Virus record (IMG/VR): IMGVR_UViG_3300025875_000012
Coordinates: 4,647 to 68,646 of that record
DNA length: 64,000 nt
Origin: a virus
Lineage: Duplodnaviria > Caudoviricetes
Strand: one strand, 5' to 3'
Position numbers and translations under genes: made by a program. Shown piece after piece: positions 1-8,400 of this stretch (position 1 is the first letter of the stretch; every line of letters begins with the position of its first letter). The notes below the pieces were generated by a model, which saw only the letters and a list, made by a program, of their open reading frames with translations, was not told where the DNA came from and made no database searches.

Positions 1-68
1 AGTATCCGGCACTGCGCGGCCACGTCTGAGACGGGGTCGCCACCAAGACCTAGAGGAGTTCGAGCTAC

Positions 69-425
69 ATGGCTCGTGTGGACAAGACCGACTCGGCAGT
101 CGGCGTCGTCCGCGGGACCCTCGCTGCTGACATCGCTCAGGCCGACTGGGGCAAGCCCCTCGGTGTGGGGATCAACGCGGCGGGGCTCACCGTGAGGGGC
201 GGCGGCCAGTCCGGCGTCATCGGCGTCCTGATCGCCGACAAGACCAACTACAAGGCGGGGACCCGGGCGGACATGTTCGTCCTGGCCGACATCGTCGAGT
301 GCGCGGGGCTGGTGCCCGGGCAGAAGTACTTCGCGGACGCGACGACCGGCGTCATCTCCACGACCAACACCGGGGCCTACGTCGGCTTCACGGTGGAGGC
401 TGACCGTCTGGTGGTGCGGCTGTGA
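69..425 (+). CDS. Capsid decoration / head protein
   Basis: 118 aa Gly/Ala-rich ORF with RBS (AGGAG) immediately upstream of the major capsid gene and overlapping it (GTGA); size and position typical of decoration proteins. Confidence 0.65.
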   Translation: MARVDKTDSAVGVVRGTLAADIAQADWGKPLGVGINAAGLTVRGGGQSGVIGVLIADKTNYKAGTRADMFVLADIVECAGLVPGQKYFADATTGVISTTNTGAYVGFTVEADRLVVRL

Positions 426-1558
426 GCTTCCTGACCAACCCGGCCAACTTCGTGATCCGGGGCAACGTGCCCTCGGGCTACAACGCCGCCGCGGACCTGA
501 TCACCGCCACGGTCGACGGCTTCGACCTCAACAGCATCTGGAACGAGTTCTCAGCCTCGGTGCAGGCCCAGAACGCCCAGCGGACGGCCATCGTCGACCT
601 GCTGACGTTCCCGGTCACGGACCTGATCGAGCGCGTGCCGCAGATCAGCTCGGGCGCCTTCGAGGAGGCGTCGGAGTACGGCGAGCCCCGTGGGCTGCGC
701 CCGACCGGCTCGTACTTCAACCTGGGGTACGACTTCAAGTGGTACGACCTGGCCGCGCGCTTCACCTGGAAGTTCCTGGCCGACGCGCCGCGCTCCCAGG
801 TCGAGGCGATCAACCAGATGGCGCTCGAGGCGGACAACCAGCTGGTGTTCTCGAAGGTGATGAACGCCATCTTCGACAACCGCAACCGCGAGGCGAACAT
901 CAACGACCAGCTGGTGCCGGTCTACCCGCTCTACAACGGCGACGGCACGGTGCCGCCGCGGTACAAGAGCAACGTCTTCGACGGGACCGAGACCCACTAC
1001 CTGGTCTCGGGCGCGGCCACGGTCGACTCGGGCGACCTGGACGCGATGTACGAGAAGATGCGCTCCAAGGGCTACTCCCGCGAGAACGGCGTCCGGCACG
1101 TCCTGCTGGTCAACCACCGCGAGGGCATGACCATCCGGGGCTTCCGAGTGGCTACGGGGTCGACCTACGACTTCATCCCCGCGGCCGGCACGCCGGCGGC
1201 CTACCTGCCGCTCGACGTCCAGCTGTTCGGCGGTGGCCAGCCCCAGGGGTCCTACCAGGGCCTCACCGCCATCGGCTCCTACGGCGAGTGGCTCGTGGTC
1301 GAGGACGACCTGTTCCCGCCCACCTACATGGTCGGCATCGGGACGGGCGGCCGGGCGAACCTCAACAACCCGGTCGGCATCCGCGAGCACTCCAACACCG
1401 CGCTGCGCGGTCTGCGGCTGGTCAAGGGCGCCACGCCCGACTACCCGCTGATCGACAGCTTCTACCAGCGCGCCTTCGGGACCGGCATCCGCCAGCGCGG
1501 CGGTGCGGTCGTCATGCAGGTCAAGGCCTCCGGTACCTACGACCGGCCGGTCATCTGA
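422..1558 (+). CDS. Major capsid protein (HK97 fold)
   Basis: 378 aa; EEASEYGEPRG and YDLAARFTWKFL segments resemble actinophage capsid proteins; precedes head-tail genes. Confidence 0.85.
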   Translation: MSFLTNPANFVIRGNVPSGYNAAADLITATVDGFDLNSIWNEFSASVQAQNAQRTAIVDLLTFPVTDLIERVPQISSGAFEEASEYGEPRGLRPTGSYFNLGYDFKWYDLAARFTWKFLADAPRSQVEAINQMALEADNQLVFSKVMNAIFDNRNREANINDQLVPVYPLYNGDGTVPPRYKSNVFDGTETHYLVSGAATVDSGDLDAMYEKMRSKGYSRENGVRHVLLVNHREGMTIRGFRVATGSTYDFIPAAGTPAAYLPLDVQLFGGGQPQGSYQGLTAIGSYGEWLVVEDDLFPPTYMVGIGTGGRANLNNPVGIREHSNTALRGLRLVKGATPDYPLIDSFYQRAFGTGIRQRGGAVVMQVKASGTYDRPVI

Positions 1559-1572
1559 CCTGACCCAGAACC

Positions 1573-1631
1573 CCTAGCGGGGGCCGGTGATTTGTCGACT
1601 GGCCTCGACCTGGGAGCCGGCCCCCGCTAGG
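1573..1631 (+). terminator. Long inverted repeat after the capsid gene (terminator/attenuator-like)
   Basis: Perfect 15-bp inverted repeat cctagcgggggccgg (1573-1587) / ccggcccccgctagg (1617-1631). Confidence 0.55.
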
Positions 1632-1657
1632 CCTCTGAACCTGAGAGAGAAGGAAGC

Positions 1658-2119
1658 ATGAGCCGCAAGGTGGACGTGGACAACCTGTCCGCAGACGACG
1701 CCCTCTACATGCAGGACCGCCCGTGGATGATGACCGAGGCCCGACTCCAGGGCGTCACCGACATCGACGAGCGCATCGCCGAGGCGCTGGACCCCGACCC
1801 CGCCCCCGAGATCACCCCCGCGGGTGAGGGCGACGAGGCCGCGGTCGTGACCAACTACGACGCGCTCGGGCTGCCCGACGTGCGCAAGCTCGCGGTCAGC
1901 CGCGGGCTGCCGGCGAAGGGGACCAAGAAGACCCTGATCGCCGTGCTGCAGGCCGCCGACGTGAACGACGGCGTGACCGCCACCGTCTCGCGCGAGGCGG
2001 AGGGCGCGGTGGCCGGGGTGCTCGGCACCGAGGCCCCGACCGAGCCCCGGGGCGACGCGGACGGCGGGGCCACCCCGGCCTCGGCGACGCTGGACACCGG
2101 CGACGGCGGGCAGGAGTAG
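1658..2119 (+). CDS. Head-region protein with HeH/LEM/SAP-like motif
   Basis: RBS AAGGAAG; NYDALGLPDVRKLAVSRGLPAKGTKKTLIAVL resembles SAP/HeH helices. Confidence 0.6.
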   Translation: MSRKVDVDNLSADDALYMQDRPWMMTEARLQGVTDIDERIAEALDPDPAPEITPAGEGDEAAVVTNYDALGLPDVRKLAVSRGLPAKGTKKTLIAVLQAADVNDGVTATVSREAEGAVAGVLGTEAPTEPRGDADGGATPASATLDTGDGGQE

Positions 2120-2128
2120 CCGAGCACG

Positions 2129-2434
2129 ATGGCTACCGTTGACGAGCTCCAGGGGCTCCGCGACCTCGGTCCCGAAGTGGACGAGGACGACGGGGCCCTT
2201 GGGGCTCTCATCGACCAGCTGGGCTTCAACGGCGCGCTGGCCCGGCTCTGGGCGAAGCGCGCGTCCGAGACCGCGCACCTGGTCGACGTGACCGAGTCGG
2301 GCTCCTCGCGCAAGATGAGCCTCATCCACACCCAGGCGACCAACCTGGCGTCGCGCTACCAGGCCCTGGCGGCCGCTGAGGCCCCCGCCGGCGTCACGAC
2401 GTCGATGGCCCGCACCCGGGCGATCCAGCGATGA
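2129..2434 (+). CDS. Head-to-tail adaptor
   Basis: 101 aa; WAKRASETAHLVDVTESGSSRKMS segment; synteny. Confidence 0.65.
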   Translation: MATVDELQGLRDLGPEVDEDDGALGALIDQLGFNGALARLWAKRASETAHLVDVTESGSSRKMSLIHTQATNLASRYQALAAAEAPAGVTTSMARTRAIQR

Positions 2435-2811
2435 CCACCACGTTGGAGCAGCGCCTGCAGGAGGAGATCACCGACGCCTTCGTGGCCGCGGATCCCGTCG
2501 AGCTGCAGATCTACCGCCCCCGGCGCGTCAGCGACGGCGCGGGCGGCCGGGTCGACGCCGGCGAGGAGCTGGCGGCCGACCGCGTCTGCCGGCTGATCCC
2601 CCAGTCCCGCAACTCCACCGACCAGCTGGCGACCACGGCCGCCGGCACGCATGAGACCCCGCGGTACGTGGTGATGACCAACAACGACTTCGCCTTCCTC
2701 AAGGGCGACCACTTCGCCTGGCGCGGCTACGACTACGAGGTGAGCTCGGTGCACGAGTTCCCGGCGTACGAGTCCAAAGCCGACGTCGTCCGCGGCAAGA
2801 AGTTGAGCTGA
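2431..2811 (+). CDS. Head-to-tail stopper (head closure)
   Basis: 126 aa beta-rich, DGAGG and LKGDHFAWRGYDYEV motifs; ATGA overlap. Confidence 0.65.
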   Translation: MTTTLEQRLQEEITDAFVAADPVELQIYRPRRVSDGAGGRVDAGEELAADRVCRLIPQSRNSTDQLATTAAGTHETPRYVVMTNNDFAFLKGDHFAWRGYDYEVSSVHEFPAYESKADVVRGKKLS

Positions 2812-3176
2812 TGCCCTCCTTCGCCCAGGTGGTCTGGGACTCCAGCAAGGACGAGTTCCTGCGCAAGCTCCGCAACGGGCCCGCGCTGGTCCGCAAGGCC
2901 TCGGTGGCCACCGCGAACCGCATGGCGCCCGAGGTGGCCAACTACGCCAAAGTGAACGCCCCCTGGACCGACCGCACCGGCAACGCCCGGAACGGGCTGA
3001 TGGCCCAGCCCTACGACGAAGGCGACAACGTCGGGATCGTGGTCTACCACTCGGTCTCCTACGGCATCTGGCTGGAGGTCCGCTGGGCCGGGAAGTACGC
3101 CATCATCGGCCCGACCATCGAGGTCATGGGGCCGCGGGTGATGAGCCAGTACCACAACCTCCTGGACCGGCTGTGA
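2811..3176 (+). CDS. HK97 gp10-like neck protein
   Basis: AKVNAPWTDRTGNARNGL...YGIWLEVRWAGKYAII is typical of this family. Confidence 0.75.
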   Translation: MPSFAQVVWDSSKDEFLRKLRNGPALVRKASVATANRMAPEVANYAKVNAPWTDRTGNARNGLMAQPYDEGDNVGIVVYHSVSYGIWLEVRWAGKYAIIGPTIEVMGPRVMSQYHNLLDRL

Positions 3177-3559
3177 GGCGGCTGGTGCAGCAGGTCCTGG
3201 AGTCGGTGGACCCCGTGCTGCTCCCGCCGGCGCAGATCATCCAGGGGTCCGACCTCACCGACCAGCCCCCGTTCCCGTTCCTCGTGCACCGGCTGACGTT
3301 CGCCGGCCCGACGCCGAGCGGCCGGGGCCGCCCGGGGCTCGAGGTGTGGGTCTACGACGAGCCGGGCTCCTACCTGCGCATCGACCGGCTGCTGCTGGCC
3401 GTCCGCGCCCGGCTGCGCCCGGGCCCCCACACGTTGGACGACGGCAGCGAGCACATCGCTGTGGTGGACTGGACCAACGACTCCGCGGACCTGCCGGCCG
3501 AGGAGTTCCACGGCATCACGCGCATGAGCGCGTACAACCTCGTAGGGAGATCAGCGTGA
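3173..3559 (+). CDS. Tail terminator protein
   Basis: 128 aa; EVWVYDEPGSYLRIDRLL motif; position before the major tail gene. Confidence 0.65.
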   Translation: MRRLVQQVLESVDPVLLPPAQIIQGSDLTDQPPFPFLVHRLTFAGPTPSGRGRPGLEVWVYDEPGSYLRIDRLLLAVRARLRPGPHTLDDGSEHIAVVDWTNDSADLPAEEFHGITRMSAYNLVGRSA

Positions 3560-3918
3560 CGCAGCACCAGCTCAAGTACACCGGGCCCACCCAGCACACC
3601 CGGACCATCTCGGTCAAGGAGGCCAAGGGCGCCGGCTTCGTCCTGGCCGAGGACCTCAGGTGGGGCCTGGACAACCGCCACACCGTCCTCGTCGACGACC
3701 TGGACTCGACCGCCCTGGACTACTTCAAGGGCGACTCCGACTTCAAGGTCACCGAGATCGAGGCCACTGCGGCCGAGCCCGAGGGCCAGCCCGCGGCCGA
3801 CACCGCGGAGGCCCAGGTGGCGGAGGAGAGCGCCGACGGCGCGGCCGGGGACGGCGACGCCGCGGCCACCACCACGCGCGGTCGGCGTTCGACCAGCACG
3901 ACCACGGCCACCACGTAG
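3556..3918 (+). CDS. Hypothetical virion-associated protein
   Basis: GTG start overlapping the previous TGA; MTQHQLKYTGPTQHTRTISV... with an acidic/Thr-rich low-complexity tail. Confidence 0.6.
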   Translation: MTQHQLKYTGPTQHTRTISVKEAKGAGFVLAEDLRWGLDNRHTVLVDDLDSTALDYFKGDSDFKVTEIEATAAEPEGQPAADTAEAQVAEESADGAAGDGDAAATTTRGRRSTSTTTATT

Positions 3919-3926
3919 GATCTCGC

Positions 3927-4142
3927 GTGGTTGTAGAGCTCCGATGCGACAGCCGGATCCTGTTCGGGATCCTCGGGGATGGCGTCCTCGAGGTGAAGTG
4001 CAGGTCTGACCGTTGCGCGGACCGGCGGCCGGGGACGGTAGTCATTCACCAGTTCTCGACCGTCAGCGGCGTCCTCCTGGCAACGAGCAAGTTCAAGGAC
4101 CCCGCGACAAGAAAGGTAGGTGGGAGTCATGGCTCTGAATGA
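3927..4142 (+). CDS. Small Cys-containing protein (zinc-ribbon/Com-like)
   Basis: GTG start, MVVELRCDSRILFG...EVKCRSDRC; overlaps the RBS and start of the major tail gene. Confidence 0.55.
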   Translation: MVVELRCDSRILFGILGDGVLEVKCRSDRCADRRPGTVVIHQFSTVSGVLLATSKFKDPATRKVGGSHGSE

Positions 4143-4671
4143 GTCGCTCCCCTACGGAATCCGAGACATCAAGATCACCCCGGTGACGTCCGCCGGTGTG
4201 CTCGGAACCTCCGTGGACCTCCCGAACGCCCGCACGCTCTCCTTCGAGGAGGGCGAGGAGTTCGAGGAGCTCCGCGGTGACGACCAGGTGGTCGCCACGC
4301 GCGGATCGGGCCCGGCCGTGAGCTGGGAGCTGGAGTCCGGCGGCATCTCGCTGGAGGCCCTGGTCGTCCTGAACGGCGGCACCGTGACGCTCAGCGGCGT
4401 CACCCCGTCCCAGGTCAAGACCTACAAGAAGCTGGCGACGGACGCCCGGCCCGAGTTCAAGGTCGAGGGCCAGGCCATGTCGGAGTCGGGTGGGGACTTC
4501 CACACGATCCTCCACCGCTGCAAGTCGACCGAGGAGGTCTCGGGCGAGTTCAGCGACGGCGGCTTCTTCCTGACCGCGGCGTCGGGGTCGGCTCTGCCGT
4601 CCAAGACGACCGCCTTCGTGGGCGAGCTCTACCGCTTCGTCCACAACGAGACCGCGGCGGCCATCGCCTAG
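4129..4671 (+). CDS. Major tail protein
   Basis: LPYGIRDIKITP...ARTLSFEEGEEFEELRGDD is a siphovirus tail-tube signature; RBS GGGAG. Confidence 0.85.
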   Translation: MALNESLPYGIRDIKITPVTSAGVLGTSVDLPNARTLSFEEGEEFEELRGDDQVVATRGSGPAVSWELESGGISLEALVVLNGGTVTLSGVTPSQVKTYKKLATDARPEFKVEGQAMSESGGDFHTILHRCKSTEEVSGEFSDGGFFLTAASGSALPSKTTAFVGELYRFVHNETAAAIA

Positions 4672-4701
4672 GTCTGACCGACCACAGATAGGAGCACACG
4701 G

Positions 4702-5238
4702 ATGCCAACATCTGCACCCCGCAAGAAGGCCGCCCCGCGGAGCGGCAACCCCGCGCGGCGGGCCGAGGTCGCCTCGGTCGCCGACTTCAAGCAGCCGGCC
4801 ATCGAGGTCGAGCTGCCCTCGGGCAAGACCATCGCCCTCCGGCGCCTGGGGCTCACCCAGCTGATGGCCGAGGGCCTGCTCGGGGACGAGCTCTCCGGGA
4901 TCGCCCAGAAGGCCGTGGACTCCGGCAAGGGCATGACCGCGGAGGACGGCGCGAAGCTCGCCCAGGACCCGAGCAAGGTCCGCGCGATGCTGGAGGTGTT
5001 CGACAAGATCACTGTCCGCACCTGGGTCCGGCCGCGGGTCGTCGACGGGACCGACGTCCCCGAGGCCGAGCGGGACGACGCCACCCTCTACGCCGACGAG
5101 ATCGACATCGAGGACAAGATCTTCACGTTCAACTACGCCTCCGGGGGTAGCGCCGACCTCGTCCGATTTCGTGAGCAGTTCGGCGAATCTCTGGGCGGCC
5201 TATCAGCTGTCGAAGGAATGGTCGACCCGGCCGAGTGA
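4702..5238 (+). CDS. Tail assembly chaperone (gpG-like)
   Basis: 178 aa between major tail and tape measure genes; RBS AGGAG. Confidence 0.8.
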   Translation: MPTSAPRKKAAPRSGNPARRAEVASVADFKQPAIEVELPSGKTIALRRLGLTQLMAEGLLGDELSGIAQKAVDSGKGMTAEDGAKLAQDPSKVRAMLEVFDKITVRTWVRPRVVDGTDVPEAERDDATLYADEIDIEDKIFTFNYASGGSADLVRFREQFGESLGGLSAVEGMVDPAE

Positions 5239-5446
5239 CCTCTACGACGTAGAAGACCCGGTCGCGGCGTTCTGCTTCGACCGGGCCGTCTCCATCTTCG
5301 GCTCGGCCCTCCAGGCCGCGCTCGAGAACATCAAGGCGAAGACCGACAAAGAAAGGGCGGGGAAGGCCGAGCGCCTCCTCGCCAAGTGGATCCCAGAAGC
5401 CAAGGCCAGCCGCACGACCAGATTCAAGGACCCGGCTAGCAGATAG
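5167..5446 (+). other. Frameshift extension of the tail chaperone (gpGT-like), +1 frame
   Basis: Open +1 frame overlapping the chaperone 3' end and ending just before the tape measure gene; candidate shift site CGA-TTT-CGT at 5164-5172. Confidence 0.65.
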
Positions 5447-5456
5447 GCATTCAGGG

Positions 5457-8400
5457 ATGGCTGGAGCGAACCTCGGCACCGCCTCGGGCCGCATCGAGAT
5501 CGACGGCTCCGGGGCGGCCAAGGGCTTCCAGATGGCCGAGGCCGCGGCGGACGCTTTCTTCGGGGCGATCCAGGACAAGGTGTCCCGGGTCGAGGAGCTC
5601 GGCACCAAGCTGCAGGCGGTCGGCGCGGCGTCGGCCGGCGGCTTCGCGCTGGCCATCAACAGCGCCGCGAGCTTCGAGCAGAAGCTCTCCGGGATCGAGG
5701 CCGTCTCCGGAGCCACCGAGGCCCAGATGGGCAAGATCTCCAAGGCCGCCCTGCGGATCGGCGCCGACACCACCTACAGCGCCTCAGAGGCCGCCTCGGC
5801 CATCGAGGAGATCATCAAGGCCGGCGTCTCGGTCGAGGACACCCTCAACGGCGCTGCGGACGCCACGGTGGCCCTGGCGGCCGCCGGCGGGGTCTCGCTG
5901 CCCGAGGCCGCCACCATCGCCTCCAACGCCCTCAACGCCTTCAACCTGACCGGCCAGGACATGGCCTCGGTGGCCGACACCATCGCCGGCGCCGCGAACG
6001 CCTCGGCCATCGACGTCGGGCAGTTCGGGCAGTCCCTCTCCCAGAGCGGGGCCGTGGCCCACCTGGCCGGGATCGACTTCGACGACCTGGCCGTGGCCAT
6101 CGCCGAGATGGGCCAGGCCGGCATCAAGGGGTCGGACGCCGGCACCTCCATCAAGACCTTCCTGCAGAACCTGATCCCCACGACCAACGACCAGATCTCG
6201 GCGTTCAAGCGGCTGGGGCTGGTGTCGGTCGGCAGCCAGAAGGCCCTGGACGGGCTGGCCGCGAAGGGGATCAAGCCGGTCTCCAAGAGCTACGACGACG
6301 TTCGCGCGGCGATCTCGAAGTACGTCGAGGAGTCGGGCGGGGCCGAGGTCGGGACGGCCAAGAACAACAAGGAGACCCAGCGGCTGGGGTCCGAGCTGGG
6401 CGTGCTCAAGAACCAGTTCTTCGACGCCCAGGGCAACGCCAAGGACTTCGCCTCCATCCAGGGCGAGCTGGCCAAGGCCACCGCCGGGATGACCAAGGAG
6501 CAGAAGCTCCAGACCCTCGAGCTGCTCTTCGGCTCCGACGCCATCCGGGCCGCCGCGGTCTTCGCCGACCAGGGGGCCAGCGGCTTCGACAAGATGGCCG
6601 CGTCGATGTCGAAGGTGACCGCGGCCCAGGTCGCCTCGACCCGGCTCGACAACTTCCGGGGCTCGGTCGAGCAGCTGCGCGGGGCCCTGGAGACCGCGGC
6701 CATCACCATCGGCTCGGTCTTCCTGCCCATCGCCCGCAAGATCGTCGACGTGATCACCTCGGTGGTCAACTCCTTCAACAACGCCCCGGCCGGGGTGCAG
6801 CGCTTCCTGGCGATCATGGCCTCGGTCGGGGCCGTGCTGGCTGCCCTGGTCGGCACCCTGCTGACGTTGATCGGCCCCATCGCGCTGCTGCTGACCAAGT
6901 TCCTCGGCTTCGCCGCGCTCAAGAGCATCTTCTCGATCTTCACCTCGGGCTTCGCGGTGTTCCGGTCGGGGGCCGGCGTGGTCGCGGCCCTGGGGGCGAC
7001 CCTGGCCCGGGCCGGGGCGGTGTTCGGCCGCTTCGGAGCCATCGCGCTCCGGATCATCGGCATCCTGGCCCGCATCCCCGGGGTGTTCCTGGCGCTGCGG
7101 GCGGTGGCCGGAGTGGTCTTCGGACCGATCGGTCTGGCCATCTCGCTGGTCGTGACCGCGCTGGTGCTGCTCTACAAGCACAGCGAGCGGTTCCGGGGCC
7201 TCGTCGACGGCATCGCCCGGGCGGTGCAGGGCGGCTTCCTCAAGGCCCTGAACTACGCCCAGATGGCGCTCTACGCCTTCATGCACGCCTTCCGCGAGGG
7301 AGACGTCACCTCGGACGGCTTCATCGGCTTCGTGGAGCGCCTGGGCGTCGCCGTGCGGCCCGTGGGCGCCGCGCTGGCGCAACTGGCCCAGGCCTTCACC
7401 GGACGCCTCCTGCCGGCCCTGAGGGCCGCGGGGAAGGCCTTGGGCGGCCAGCTGCTGTCGGCCTGGTCCAAGATCTCTGCGGCCGCCCAGGGGCAGCTCC
7501 TGCCGGCCTTCCGCCAGCTCGGGACCGCGCTCGCCCCGCTCGTGCCCTACCTGCGCCAGTTCGGCGTCTTCCTGCTCAAGGCCGCCGGCGCCGCGGTGAT
7601 CGCCGGGGTGTCGCTGGCGGCTGGGATGCTGGTCTCCCTGATCAGGATCGCCACGGTGATCGTCGGCACCGTGCTGCCGGCCGTGGTGAAGTTCATCGCC
7701 ATCCTGCTGGGCGGCCTGCTCGGGGCCCTCACGGCGGTCGTGAGCGGGGTCACCACCGTGGTGACCGCCATCGCCTCCTTCGTCGCCGGCGTGGTCAACG
7801 GCATGACCGGCGCGGCCGACGCGACCTCGAGCGGGGCCGCCCGGATCGGGTCGGTGCTGGCCTCCATCGGCGGCTTCTTCGTGGCTGCCTTCGGGGCCGT
7901 CCGGTCCGTGGTGGTCGGCGTCTTCACCGCGGTCTGGTCCTTTATCACGACCGCGGTGGCCGGCATCAGCAACGGCATCCAGGTCGGGCTGGCCGGGATC
8001 GCCGGCTTCTTCACGACCGCGTTCTCGGCCGTGCGCAACGTGGTGGTGACCGTGTTCACCGCCGTCCGCACGGCCATCACCACCGCGCTGACGGCCATCT
8101 CGACGGCGATCACCACCGGCCTGGCGGTGGTCGGGGCCCTGTGGAGCTCGTTCTGGTCCAGCTCGTTCGGCCAGCTGGTCTCCAACGCCATCGGCCTGGT
8201 CGTCGACGTCGTGAAGCTGGGCCTGGCCCTGCTCTACCTGGCCTTCGCCGTGACGGTCGCCACCGTGCGGGTGCTCTGGAGCAACCTCTGGAACGGGCTG
8301 ACGGCGGCCGCCAGCGCCGTCTGGGGCGCCATCAGCAGCGCGGTGACCACCGGGCTGGCTGCGGTCGCCGGCGTGGTGACGGCCGGCATGACGCTGGTGC

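Noticed and set aside
5140-5175. Canonical -1 slippery site for the tail chaperone
   Set aside because: No XXXYYYZ heptamer, and the -1 frame has stops at 5148 and 5172
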